DNA of 62,158 bases from Candidatus Magasanikiibacteriota bacterium (GTDB taxonomy: Bacteria; Patescibacteriota; Patescibacteriia; Magasanikbacterales; UBA922): NCBI GenBank assembly GCA_035389585.1, contig DAOOSC010000002.1, positions 1-62,158 on the forward strand, given 5' to 3'. This document shows positions 19,399 to 28,868 of the stretch, one piece after another. Within the stretch, counting starts at the first letter, position 1. Each line of letters opens with the position of its first letter. A program made the position numbers and the translations under genes. A model generated the notes under the pieces. The model was not told the DNA's origin. It did no database searches and was given only the letters and a program-made list of their open reading frames with translations.

Positions 19399-20535
19399 CT
19401 AATTTTGATAATTCACTAATTTTCCATTTCTAATTTGGCGAATTTGTGTCGGTTTGAAAGCGTCACCGTTCGAATTCATGGTGATGACACCGCTTGCACC
19501 GGCGTAGTCTTTCACTCCGTATAGGTAATCTTTAATGCCGTCAGGATTGTATCCACGCGCCGAAATTGCGTCAGCCAAAAGGCGAATAGCGTCATAAGTG
19601 TCCGCGACAACATAATCCACCGGTGGCACGTGATTATATTTCTGCGTGTAGGCATCGATTAAGTGTTTAGTACGTGGCTGTTCCATATCAATTCCTTCGG
19701 TAGAGAATATGGCTCCGTCAACTGCTTGTCCGCCAGCAGTTGCGACTTCGTTTGTACCGAAATTATCCGTACCAATTAACTGAACGCGAATGCCTAATTC
19801 TCGTGCTTGCTTCGCAATAGTCCCGCCCTCTTTGCCGTAGCAGATGATTATGAGGGCGTCTGGTGAGGTGTTTTTGATATTTGTGAGTTGTGTGCGGAAT
19901 TCAGTATCTTCGGGTGAATATTTTTCAGATTTTACAATTTGGCCACCATTGGTAGAAATCTCTGTTGAAAGGTTATTGAAAAATCCTACTCCGTAATCAT
20001 TATTTACATAAATTATGGCTATCCGTTTTATTTTCATTGAGTCCGCAATAAATTTACTTAAATTTTTGGCTTGGATATCGTCGGAAATTGTGGTACGGAA
20101 AACATAGTCGCCAGCTTCGGCGATTGCGGCTGTAGATCCGCCCGGTACCATCATGATGGTTTTGGCTTGTTCGGTGATGGGTGCGGTGGCGAGAACGGCG
20201 CCGGAACACGTCATTAGATTAATTTTTGAATTATTCATTTTAATTAATTTGTTGATTGCGTTTACGGAGGCGGTTTTATCACAGGCGAAATTATCTTCGA
20301 AAATCAAATCAATTTTCTGACCATTGACCCCACCCGTGCTGTTGATCTCGTCGACAGCAATTTCTGCCCCACCACGTACACTTTCACCCCAAGTCGCCAT
20401 CTCTCCTGTGAGTGGGGCAACTACACCAATTTTTAGGTTTTCTTTCTTGCTTTGGTCGATATTTGTTTGAGCGCAACCAGATAGGATGACCATGATTGCG
20501 ACGGCGAATATACCGACCCGAATTTTCTTGTCCAT
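19399..20535 (-). CDS. ABC transporter substrate-binding lipoprotein (LivJ/K family), copy 1
   Basis: Lipobox ILSGCA. Type I periplasmic binding fold pattern KIGVVAPLTGEMATWGES..INSTGGVNGQKIDLIFED. Confidence 0.88.
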   Translation of the reverse strand: MDKKIRVGIFAVAIMVILSGCAQTNIDQSKKENLKIGVVAPLTGEMATWGESVRGGAEIAVDEINSTGGVNGQKIDLIFEDNFACDKTASVNAINKLIKMNNSKINLMTCSGAVLATAPITEQAKTIMMVPGGSTAAIAEAGDYVFRTTISDDIQAKNLSKFIADSMKIKRIAIIYVNNDYGVGFFNNLSTEISTNGGQIVKSEKYSPEDTEFRTQLTNIKNTSPDALIIICYGKEGGTIAKQARELGIRVQLIGTDNFGTNEVATAGGQAVDGAIFSTEGIDMEQPRTKHLIDAYTQKYNHVPPVDYVVADTYDAIRLLADAISARGYNPDGIKDYLYGVKDYAGASGVITMNSNGDAFKPTQIRQIRNGKLVNYQN

Positions 20536-20639
20536 AGGTTTATTTGTTAAAACAATTTATTAAAATTGCCCGTATTATTGCGTAATGGCATTTTTAAGTA
20601 AATAGTTTTAACAGCTACGTATCTGAAATATGGGCTATA

Positions 20640-20667
20640 TTGACAGATATATTGCTGTTGATATAAT
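20640..20667 (+). promoter_or_regulatory. sigma70-type promoter of TrmB-like regulator 1
   Basis: ttgaca (20640-20645), 16 nt, tataat (20662-20667). Imperfect inverted repeat ttgacag..ctgttga spans the spacer. Confidence 0.55.
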
Positions 20668-20693
20668 ATACTGTAATAATTATTTACAACATT

Positions 20694-21422
20694 ATGTTAG
20701 ATATATTGAAGGATAATTTTTATTTACAGGAGAGAGAGGCTCAAGTCTATCTGGCCGCGCTCGAATTGGGTAAGAGCCGTGTGAGCGATATTGCGCATCA
20801 GGCAGGGCTGAATCGTATTACGACTTATGAGATTTTGAAGCGTTTGCGTCTGCAGGGTCTCGCGACGAGTGCTACTTTCGGTGAAGTGCAAACGTTTCAA
20901 GTCATCCCGCCAAATTTGCTAGTGCAAAAAATGGAACAGCGTCTCACTTTGGCAAAAGGGTATTTGCCACAGTTATCTCTAATGGCCAAAAGAAATCAGC
21001 AGCCTAAAATTCAATACTACGAAGGAGCTGAAGGTTTACGTTCGATCTACGAGGACACTCTGACCTGCGAAACAAAAGTAATTTATGAATTGGTTAATGC
21101 GCGTAATTTGATTGGTGGAATCGGTGGGGATTTCTTGAATAATTATGTCAAAAGACGTGCTCGACACAAAATCAATATAAAAATATTGGTACCAAACTTG
21201 CCAGAAAACAAGAAATATCAGAAAGAGGGAAAGTCAGTATTGCGTGACATTAGATTCTTCGATGACAAACACTACAAGCTGCCAAACGATATCATGATCT
21301 ACGATAATAAATTATCTTTACTTTCATTTTCATCCCGCATGGGAGTGATTATCGAGGATAAAGAAATTGCCGAGTCTATGCTTACCATGTGGCAGTTGAT
21401 TTGGGATAATTGCAAAGAATAA
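20694..21422 (+). CDS. TrmB family transcriptional regulator, copy 1
   Basis: N-terminal wHTH EREAQVYLAALELGKSRVSDIAHQAGLNRITTYEILKRLRLQGL. 242 aa. Paralogous to 22774-23499. Confidence 0.82.
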   Translation: MLDILKDNFYLQEREAQVYLAALELGKSRVSDIAHQAGLNRITTYEILKRLRLQGLATSATFGEVQTFQVIPPNLLVQKMEQRLTLAKGYLPQLSLMAKRNQQPKIQYYEGAEGLRSIYEDTLTCETKVIYELVNARNLIGGIGGDFLNNYVKRRARHKINIKILVPNLPENKKYQKEGKSVLRDIRFFDDKHYKLPNDIMIYDNKLSLLSFSSRMGVIIEDKEIAESMLTMWQLIWDNCKE

Positions 21423-21423
21423 T

Positions 21424-22563
21424 CTATTTCACCTCCACAATTTTTCCTCCTCGGAATTCCTTAATGGTATATTGGGTATTCGATAGGTCGCCATTCTCGT
21501 CCATGGTGTAATTTTCGGCGATGCCTGGATAATCATTCAATGCATATAGCTTCGCCTTGATTGCGTCAGTATTCGTGCCGACTTCGCGCATAATTTTTGC
21601 TAATACCTGGACGGCGTCGTAGGCGCGTGGGGAATAGGCATTGATATTTTTTCCGTGTGGATCTTTTTCCATGTTGTTGACGAAATCACTTGGTAAGGTC
21701 TTGTTTGCCATGATGGTGAAACGCATGCCATCGACACTCGAACCGAGAGTTTCAGGAATTTTTGTGTCATCCCAAACATCGCCTCCGAGTATCGTCGATT
21801 GTATTCCAGCTTCTTTTATCTGTTTCAGACCGATGATAGTTGAATTTACCAAACTTGGAAAATATATGAGGTCGGGATTTGATTCTTTGATTTTCAATAA
21901 TGATGAACGATAGTCGCGTGCATCAGAGAGAACACCTTCTTCAGCCACAATTTGTCCGCCAAGCTTAATGAAGTTTTGTTTGAATTGCTCTTTTACGCCA
22001 GTACTCCATTCGGTGTCGGAGTTGTAAATTATGGCAACACGTTTTTTATTTAATTTTGTATATGTATAGTCAGCGGCAAATTTTCCTTGAAAAATGTCGG
22101 AGGGCGCTAAGCGAAAAATATAGTCGCCAGCTTCAGTAATTTTTGGGTTGGTCGAGGAAAACGACAGAATAATTGTCTTGTTTTGTTCGGCTATTGTCGA
22201 GACAGCGAGCGTTTCGGATGAACAAAGTGTTAATATCGTTGGAACTTTGTCAGTGAATATTAGCTTATTCGCCGCGTTTAAGGCTGGTTTGGTATCGCAT
22301 TGGCCATCTTCGAAAATTGTTTCAAGTTTGCGTCCATTTATTCCACCAGTATTGTTAATTTCGTCTGTCGCTATGTCGATTGCTAGTTTTGCTTGTTCAC
22401 CATAACTGGCGAGCTCTCCTGTCATTGGTCCGATTACGCCGATCTTTATTGGAGAATTATCAATTGTCGCAACATCCTTGTTTTGTATCCTAGAACACCC
22501 AACTAACGTGGCGACGAGTAGTACAGACACCGGCAAAACCAAAAGTCGTTTTTTTGTTATCAT
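21424..22563 (-). CDS. ABC transporter substrate-binding lipoprotein (LivJ/K family), copy 2
   Basis: Lipobox LVGCS. KIGVIGPMTGELASYGEQ..INNTGGINGRKLETIFED is clearly paralogous to 19399-20535. Confidence 0.88.
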   Translation of the reverse strand: MITKKRLLVLPVSVLLVATLVGCSRIQNKDVATIDNSPIKIGVIGPMTGELASYGEQAKLAIDIATDEINNTGGINGRKLETIFEDGQCDTKPALNAANKLIFTDKVPTILTLCSSETLAVSTIAEQNKTIILSFSSTNPKITEAGDYIFRLAPSDIFQGKFAADYTYTKLNKKRVAIIYNSDTEWSTGVKEQFKQNFIKLGGQIVAEEGVLSDARDYRSSLLKIKESNPDLIYFPSLVNSTIIGLKQIKEAGIQSTILGGDVWDDTKIPETLGSSVDGMRFTIMANKTLPSDFVNNMEKDPHGKNINAYSPRAYDAVQVLAKIMREVGTNTDAIKAKLYALNDYPGIAENYTMDENGDLSNTQYTIKEFRGGKIVEVK

Positions 22564-22689
22564 ATTTTTTGATTAAATTAAAATTTATCATACTTGATTA
22601 TAGGTGTAGTCTAACAAAAAGTCAACCATAATCACGTGCAAATGAAAAGTTAAACATATTTGTTGATAGTGGCTTTATGTAGCGATAAT

Positions 22690-22718
22690 TTGACAAGTAA
22701 ACAAAAATTTGGTATTGT
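22690..22718 (+). promoter_or_regulatory. sigma70-type promoter of TrmB-like regulator 2
   Basis: ttgaca (22690-22695), 17 nt, tattgt (22713-22718). Confidence 0.5.
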
Positions 22719-22724
22719 CTAAAA

Positions 22725-22743
22725 TATAGTCAAATAGACTATT
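22725..22743. promoter_or_regulatory. candidate operator palindrome
   Basis: atagtc-aaata-gactat lies immediately downstream of the -10 box, in the divergent region between SBP copy 2 and TrmB copy 2. Confidence 0.3.
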
Positions 22744-22773
22744 TGGCTTAATTAACACGAATCGTATACACAT

Positions 22774-23499
22774 ATGGAACATACGCTGGATGATATAAAG
22801 AGGTTGGGGTTAGACGAGAAAGAAGCTCGAGTGTATCTCGCAGCGCTCGAACTCGGTAATGCCACGATGCAGGAGTTGGCGGAAAAATCGGGTGTGAAGA
22901 GGACGAGTATCTATAATTTTCTCGATGAAATGAAACAGAGAAAGCTGTTGTTTGAAGTCAAAAAAAATGGCAAGGTATATATTCAGGCAGGAAATCCAGA
23001 AGTGCTCGTGTCGCAGGCTGAAAAACAATTGAAAGATTTGAAAGAGTCATTGCCGTTTTTGAGTGGCTTGTATAGCGAACCGGTCAATAAATCAAAAGTT
23101 AAATTTTTCTTGGGTACGGAAAGTTTGAAAAATTTGTACAAAGAAATTTGGAAAAAGGGGGAGCCGGTCTACGGTTATTCCGATTTCGAGAAAATGCTCG
23201 AGACGATGGATGATAAATACATGTGGGATTTGGCAGATCTGCGCACCAAACTCGGAATTCCTTTCTATTGTATTGCCAAAGATGGTCCGAAGGCGCAACT
23301 CGTAAAAGCGAAAGATAAAGTACAAAAACGTGTGACGAAATTGGTCAGTGGGGGAGCATTCGAAACGGAAATAAATATTTATGATAAATGGGTAGCGATT
23401 GCTAGTTTTCGTAAACCATATGCGGGGGTGATCATCGAAGACGTGGCTATCGCACGCACGATGAAAGCGATTTGGCAGATGTTGTGGAATAAGATTTGA
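22774..23499 (+). CDS. TrmB family transcriptional regulator, copy 2
   Basis: wHTH EKEARVYLAALELGNATMQELAEKSGVKRTSIYNFLDEM. 241 aa. Confidence 0.82.
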   Translation: MEHTLDDIKRLGLDEKEARVYLAALELGNATMQELAEKSGVKRTSIYNFLDEMKQRKLLFEVKKNGKVYIQAGNPEVLVSQAEKQLKDLKESLPFLSGLYSEPVNKSKVKFFLGTESLKNLYKEIWKKGEPVYGYSDFEKMLETMDDKYMWDLADLRTKLGIPFYCIAKDGPKAQLVKAKDKVQKRVTKLVSGGAFETEINIYDKWVAIASFRKPYAGVIIEDVAIARTMKAIWQMLWNKI

Positions 23500-23551
23500 T
23501 TTGTTATTTTTTATTTGGTATAGTTGTTCCAAATTGTGTGGAGGTTTGGAA

Positions 23552-23923
23552 ATGGGACAAAAAATAGGGTTCTTTTCTCGAGAGGCAATTCCGATTTGGA
23601 AGGATTTGGCTTGTGAGGCCTTGGTTGTCGTCGGGTTCTTTGCCGGGCTCGCAATATTGGCCATTTCAGCGGCTGGGGCAGTGGGTGCGTATTTCGCATA
23701 CGCATTTGATCCAATTGTGCACTGGTTTGTGCAATTGGGGGCCCTCGGTTGGCCGGGCTTTGCGAAGGGGTTCATCCAGATGATGGTCGAATTCATTTTG
23801 CCTTGGGCGTCTGCGATTGGTGCATTTTATGCGTGCCTTTTGCTCGGTTTGGGTGGTTATCATTTCGTGGAAGTCATTCTACACAAACTCAATCCGGAGA
23901 AAAATCTGCGTCCGGTGTGGTGA
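23552..23923 (+). CDS. hypothetical small membrane protein
   Basis: ATG at 23552 is preceded by SD ggagg. 123 aa with 3-4 hydrophobic helices. The ORF-track start at 23501 has no SD. Confidence 0.6.
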   Translation: MGQKIGFFSREAIPIWKDLACEALVVVGFFAGLAILAISAAGAVGAYFAYAFDPIVHWFVQLGALGWPGFAKGFIQMMVEFILPWASAIGAFYACLLLGLGGYHFVEVILHKLNPEKNLRPVW

Positions 23924-23965
23924 TCGATGTGTCTGATCGGTTTCTTCGGCGGATGAGCCTCGCTT

Positions 23966-23997
23966 CACCCCTCGGTTCGTCCGAGGGTGTTTTTTTG
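23966..23997 (+). terminator. intrinsic terminator
   Basis: Hairpin cacccctcgg-ttcgt-ccgagggtg followed by T7. Confidence 0.75.
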
Positions 23998-24040
23998 TGT
24001 TTAAAAAATTTAGAAGTTTGTATTTTGGGAGTAGCTAAAG

Positions 24041-24070
24041 TTGACAAAACCACCATTTTTTGTGTATAAT
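24041..24070 (+). promoter_or_regulatory. sigma70-type promoter of ftsH (extended -10)
   Basis: ttgaca (24041-24046), 18 nt, tgtg-tataat (24065-24070). Confidence 0.55.
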
Positions 24071-24110
24071 TAGGTTTCGAAATTAACCATAATTTAGCTT
24101 AATTACGCAT

Positions 24111-25967
24111 ATGAAATCACTATTCAAAAACTTTGGTCTGATATTCCTCACCCTCATCATCCTCGCGGGAGTGATGAGTCTGTCTACCTCGAAATCTCGG
24201 GCGACGGAGACGGTCGGGGTGCAGAAGATTATTACGGAAATTAATGCGGAAACAGTGAAAGAAATCAGTGTGGAAGGGGACATGATCAGAGTGACTCCGA
24301 AAGACGATACTGCGAAGATAATGGAAGTGAAGAAGGAAATTGGTCAATCGTTCTCGGAACTCATGAGTAATTATGGGGTCAAACCAGAAAAACTTCAGCT
24401 CGTCGATGTACAGGTGAAAAGTGAAACAGGTTTCAAATATTGGATGGGTATGATCCTACCGATTCTTTTGCCAGTATTTCTCATCCTCGGCGTGATTTGG
24501 TTCATGAGTCGACAGGTTCAGGGGATGAATAATAAGGCGATGGGATTTGGCCAAAGTGCGGCTCGTCAAGCGAAAGCGGATGACAAAAATCGACAAACAT
24601 TTAAGGACGTCGCTGGTGCGCACGAAGCGAAAGAAGAATTGATGGAAGTGGTCGAGTTTTTGAAAAATCCGAAAAAATTTGCGCAAATGGGCGCGAAGAT
24701 TCCAAAAGGTGTGCTCCTCATGGGTGCTCCGGGTACTGGTAAGACGTTGCTCGCAAAAGCGGTGGCCGGTGAAGCCAAAGTACCGTTTTTCCACATTTCC
24801 GGCTCGGAGTTCGTGGAAATGTTCGTCGGTGTAGGTGCGTCGCGCGTGCGTGATCTATTTGCGAAAGCAAAAAAAGCAGCTCCAGCAATTATTTTCATCG
24901 ATGAAATCGATGCGGTCGGCCGGAAGCGTGGTGCCGGTCTCGGTGGCAGTCATGATGAACGTGAGCAAACACTTAATCAAATTCTCGTCGAAATGGACGG
25001 TTTCGAACCAAACCTCGGTGTGATCGTGATCGCGGCGACCAATCGTCCAGATGTATTGGATTCCGCCTTGCTTCGCCCAGGTCGTTTCGATCGACGGGTT
25101 GTGATTGATATGCCAGATATCAATGATCGTGAGGAAATTCTCCATGTTCATGCGAAAAATAAACCACTGACAAAAAGTGTGGATTTGCGCAAGTTGGCCG
25201 AACGCACCCCTGGTTTTTCAGGTGCGGATTTGGGAAATTTATTGAATGAAGCGGCGATTCTCGCAGTTCGTCGCGGGCTGAAAGAAGTCGGGGAAATGGA
25301 AGTGCTCGAAAGTATCGAAAAAGTAATGCTCGGGCCAGAAAAACGTTCCCGTATTTTGTCACAAAAAGAAAAAGAAATGACAGCGTATCACGAAGCAGGT
25401 CATGCTATCATCGGACATTTCTTACCGAACTGTGATCCAATTCGCAAGGTCTCAATCATCGGTCGTGGTACCGCAGGTGGATACACACTCAGTATGCCAG
25501 AGAGTGATGTGCGCTACAAAGTCCTCGCGAAATTCCGTGATGAAATCGCGATGACACTCGGTGGTTATGTGGTCGAAAAAATGATTTATGGAAAAGATAA
25601 TTTGTCCACTGGTCCATCAAGTGATTTGAAACAAGCGACCAAGCTGGCCACCAGTATGGCGGTGCGTTTCGGTATGAGTGACGAGCTCGGCCCGCGCGTC
25701 TATGGTGAAAATGAAGAATTAATTTTCCTCGCTCAAGAAATTCACGAAAAGAAAAATTACTCCGAAAAAACGGCCGAATTGATCGATGCTGAAATCGCTC
25801 GCATTTTACACGAAGGTGAAAAAACCGCAGAAAAAATATTGAATGAAAACCGCACTAAATTGGACGCACTCGTGAAAGTTCTCGTCGAAAAAGAAACCAT
25901 CGAACAAGAGGATTTTCGTAAGTTGATGGGGGATGGTATTGAGGATAAAAAAGAGGTGGTGAAATAG
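24111..25967 (+). CDS. ftsH: ATP-dependent zinc metalloprotease FtsH
   Basis: Two N-terminal TMs. AAA+ Walker [14 protein letters not shown], Walker [16 protein letters not shown] zinc motif. Confidence 0.96.
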   Translation: MKSLFKNFGLIFLTLIILAGVMSLSTSKSRATETVGVQKIITEINAETVKEISVEGDMIRVTPKDDTAKIMEVKKEIGQSFSELMSNYGVKPEKLQLVDVQVKSETGFKYWMGMILPILLPVFLILGVIWFMSRQVQGMNNKAMGFGQSAARQAKADDKNRQTFKDVAGAHEAKEELMEVVEFLKNPKKFAQMGAKIPKGVLLMGAPGTGKTLLAKAVAGEAKVPFFHISGSEFVEMFVGVGASRVRDLFAKAKKAAPAIIFIDEIDAVGRKRGAGLGGSHDEREQTLNQILVEMDGFEPNLGVIVIAATNRPDVLDSALLRPGRFDRRVVIDMPDINDREEILHVHAKNKPLTKSVDLRKLAERTPGFSGADLGNLLNEAAILAVRRGLKEVGEMEVLESIEKVMLGPEKRSRILSQKEKEMTAYHEAGHAIIGHFLPNCDPIRKVSIIGRGTAGGYTLSMPESDVRYKVLAKFRDEIAMTLGGYVVEKMIYGKDNLSTGPSSDLKQATKLATSMAVRFGMSDELGPRVYGENEELIFLAQEIHEKKNYSEKTAELIDAEIARILHEGEKTAEKILNENRTKLDALVKVLVEKETIEQEDFRKLMGDGIEDKKEVVK

Positions 25968-25980
25968 TAGAAGAATAAAA

Positions 25981-26017
25981 AACAGCCCGTTTTCGTTTGA
26001 AAATCGGGCTGTTTTTT
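25981..26017 (+). terminator. intrinsic terminator after ftsH
   Basis: Hairpin aacagcccg..cgggctgtt followed by a T-run. Confidence 0.7.
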
Positions 26018-26093
26018 ATAATAGGCTGTTACTATGTGGATGATTTTCGCCAACATTTGCAATTTATGGTATAATATCCCCAAATATAAATCT

Positions 26094-27065
26094 ATGAGAA
26101 CACCAATCTATCGTAAAGCCATGAAAGATAGTTTGTCTTTGGCTTGGAATAACAAACATTTGTGGATTTTGGGCTTATTCGCCGCCGCTCTCGGGCAGAT
26201 GGGGCTGGTCGATATTTTGTCAGGTGTGGGATACGCCGGAGAAGGCCGAATTATGCTTTTGAATTGGCTGTCGTGGCCGGAAGCATTGTGGAATTTTTTT
26301 GCCAATTTGCAAATCGGCTTCGGGCAGTGGGTGTGGCTCGTCTTGGTGATTCTGATTTTTGTTTTTCTGTTTGTGGCATTTGTGTTCGCGTCCGTCACGT
26401 CACAGGGTGGTATTATCGCCGCTTCTATTCGTCACGCTTATGGCAAATACACTGACGCGACGGCGGCTTGGCACTATTCGCAAAATCATTTTTGGCGTCT
26501 GTTTTCGATAAATTTAGTCAAGAAGGTTTTGATTTTGGTCCTGACGACAGTTATTGGGATTTGTTCGTATATGGTGATTTTCAATCCGCATGGTTTTGAT
26601 TTAGCAGTCTTTTTGGTATTTTTTGTGCTGGCCACTTTGATCGGATCGGTAATTTCATTTCTCGCGATCTATGCTTCAGCCTACGTGGTGGCCGAGAATC
26701 ATGGTTTTTTGCGTTCGATTCATGAGGCGTGGAAATTATTTTTAGATCATTGGTTGGTCTCGGTCGAGATGGGTGTATTAGTCCTTTTGTCGAATATTAT
26801 ATTTCTCATAGTTTTGTGTGTGGGTATTATGGCGGTCATCATCCCCACCTTTCTTCTGTGGTTCGTCACTATCGTTTTGGCGGGTAATATATATTGGTTT
26901 TTCGGCGTGGTCTTCGGTTCTGTGTGCGCAATGGCGGTAGCTTTTGCTATGATCGCGATGTTTCAAATTTTCACGACATCTGTCTGGTGTAATTTGTTTG
27001 TGAAAATGCACAATGAGGGTGTGGTTTCGAAAGTTGCTCGCTTGGTGGGGATTAAAAAAGTATAA
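26094..27065 (+). CDS. hypothetical polytopic membrane protein
   Basis: ATG at 26094 lies downstream of an extended -10 (tgg-tataat, 26067-26075). About 7 hydrophobic helices. Architecture is similar to 40342-41166. Confidence 0.65.
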   Translation: MRTPIYRKAMKDSLSLAWNNKHLWILGLFAAALGQMGLVDILSGVGYAGEGRIMLLNWLSWPEALWNFFANLQIGFGQWVWLVLVILIFVFLFVAFVFASVTSQGGIIAASIRHAYGKYTDATAAWHYSQNHFWRLFSINLVKKVLILVLTTVIGICSYMVIFNPHGFDLAVFLVFFVLATLIGSVISFLAIYASAYVVAENHGFLRSIHEAWKLFLDHWLVSVEMGVLVLLSNIIFLIVLCVGIMAVIIPTFLLWFVTIVLAGNIYWFFGVVFGSVCAMAVAFAMIAMFQIFTTSVWCNLFVKMHNEGVVSKVARLVGIKKV

Positions 27066-27070
27066 TTTCT

Positions 27071-28828
27071 ATGCCTTTTCAGAATATCAGTAATTTGATG
27101 AAAGATAAAAAGGGGGAAGATGAGGGAAATTTGGGCACTGGTGCCAGAACACCATCTGTCAGTGTTGGTGCTAGTAGAGATTCTGTGGCGGAGAAGTTCT
27201 CGAAAAAAATGACGGATGTGAATATCAAAGAAATGGAAACAGATGCGATGCGGTTTGCGGCGAGTATCGGCTATCCACACATTGATCTCGAGAAATTTCC
27301 GGTCAGTCACGAAGCTCTCCGCCAGATTCCACGAGAAGATGCCGAACGTCTCGGAGCGGTTTGTTTTTTCGCGATGCAAGACGAGATTAGGATTGGCGCC
27401 CTCGATCCGAGTGTCGAGGAAGTGAAACAGCTCCTGTTCGAAGTTCAGGAGAGAGCACATGCTTCGGGTTCGCTCTATGTCATTTCGGAGAAGAGTTTGA
27501 AAAGGGTATTGCGTTTGTATGATACATTGCCAGTGGTAAAACCAATTACCAAAGATATCGAGATCAAAGCTTCGGATTTGGACAGAGTATCAGCGACAGT
27601 TGATGATTTTCGAGCATTGGCTAATTTGGTGAATGGGAAAAGTGTTTCTGAGATTTTGACTTTACTTATTGGCGGTGCTCTGAAAGTAGAGGCGAGTGAT
27701 ATTCATTTCGAATCAGAAGAAGAGGGTTTGGCAATACGCTATCGTCTCGATGGTATTTTACATGATGTGATGAAATTGCCGGTAGCGATGGCTTCGAAAT
27801 TAATTTCGCGTATCAAATTGATTTCGTCTTTGAAATTGAATATTGTGGATGCTCCTCAGGATGGTCGTTTCACTATCAAAAAGGCGGCTCTCGGAAATAT
27901 CGATGTACGCGTATCCATCATGCCGAGTGTGTATGGAGAGAGTGTGGTGCTACGTCTCCTGCCCCAGAACAAAAGCGGTATTTCTCTCGAAAATGTTGGA
28001 CTCCGTGGCGAAGCTTATGATATCCTGTTGCGTGAGATTCAACGCCCCAATGGTATGATAATCACGACTGGTCCGACTGGCTCCGGTAAGACGACGACTA
28101 TGTATGCCGCCATGCAAATTCTCAATAAACCGGGCGTAAAAATCATCACTCTCGAAGACCCTGTCGAATACAAAATGGAGGGGGTAATCCAGAGCCAAAT
28201 AGATCGATCAAAAGATTACACCTTTGCCAAGGGTTTGCGTTCGATTTTGCGTCAGGATCCGGATATTGCCATGGTGGGTGAAATCCGCGACCTTGAGACT
28301 GCTGAGATCGCTATTCAAAGCGCTTTGACCGGTCACCTGATTCTATCCACTATTCATACGAATAGCGCGGCCGGAGCAATTCCACGCTTCCTCTCTATGG
28401 GGGTGAAGCCGTTTTTGCTTGCGCCGGCACTCGATTGTGTGATCGGGCAAAGGTTGGTGCGAAGAATTTGCAAAGAGTGCAGGTATGAGGTAGAGCCTAG
28501 TGCGGAACAAAAATTACGGGTGGAGAAGGCGTTTGCTGATCTCCCCGAAAAAGAAAAAGCCCGTTTGCAGGGCAAAGAAATTAAATTTTTCGAGGGAAAA
28601 GGATGTAAGGTTTGTAACGGTATTGGGTATAAAGGACGAACGAGTATTTATGAAGTATTTGTGATGACTCCCGAAGTCGAACAAGTTATTTTGAGTGGGC
28701 AGGTGTCGGAATATGATATTAATAATTTAGCTATTAAAAATGGCATGGTGACCATGTTCCAAGACGGAATTTTGAAGGCAATTGATGGTATTACCTCGGT
28801 CGCAGAGGTGATGCGCGTGATTGGTTGA
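27071..28828 (+). CDS. pilB: type II/IV secretion ATPase (PilB/GspE family)
   Basis: GspII_E N-domain-like region. Walker A GPTGSGKTTT, Asp box, Walker B, His box (LILSTIHTNSA). Tetracysteine CKEC..CKVCNG. Confidence 0.9.
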   Translation: MPFQNISNLMKDKKGEDEGNLGTGARTPSVSVGASRDSVAEKFSKKMTDVNIKEMETDAMRFAASIGYPHIDLEKFPVSHEALRQIPREDAERLGAVCFFAMQDEIRIGALDPSVEEVKQLLFEVQERAHASGSLYVISEKSLKRVLRLYDTLPVVKPITKDIEIKASDLDRVSATVDDFRALANLVNGKSVSEILTLLIGGALKVEASDIHFESEEEGLAIRYRLDGILHDVMKLPVAMASKLISRIKLISSLKLNIVDAPQDGRFTIKKAALGNIDVRVSIMPSVYGESVVLRLLPQNKSGISLENVGLRGEAYDILLREIQRPNGMIITTGPTGSGKTTTMYAAMQILNKPGVKIITLEDPVEYKMEGVIQSQIDRSKDYTFAKGLRSILRQDPDIAMVGEIRDLETAEIAIQSALTGHLILSTIHTNSAAGAIPRFLSMGVKPFLLAPALDCVIGQRLVRRICKECRYEVEPSAEQKLRVEKAFADLPEKEKARLQGKEIKFFEGKGCKVCNGIGYKGRTSIYEVFVMTPEVEQVILSGQVSEYDINNLAIKNGMVTMFQDGILKAIDGITSVAEVMRVIG

Positions 28829-28868
28829 TAGAAATTGCCTGTCTGTTTTTGGGAGTAATTTAATTTAT

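Noticed and set aside
23092-23796. 234-aa minus-strand ORF spanning the end of the second TrmB gene and the small membrane gene.
   Set aside because: It crosses an intergenic SD/start region, has no start context or motifs, and both plus-strand genes have better coding evidence. Judged a shadow ORF.
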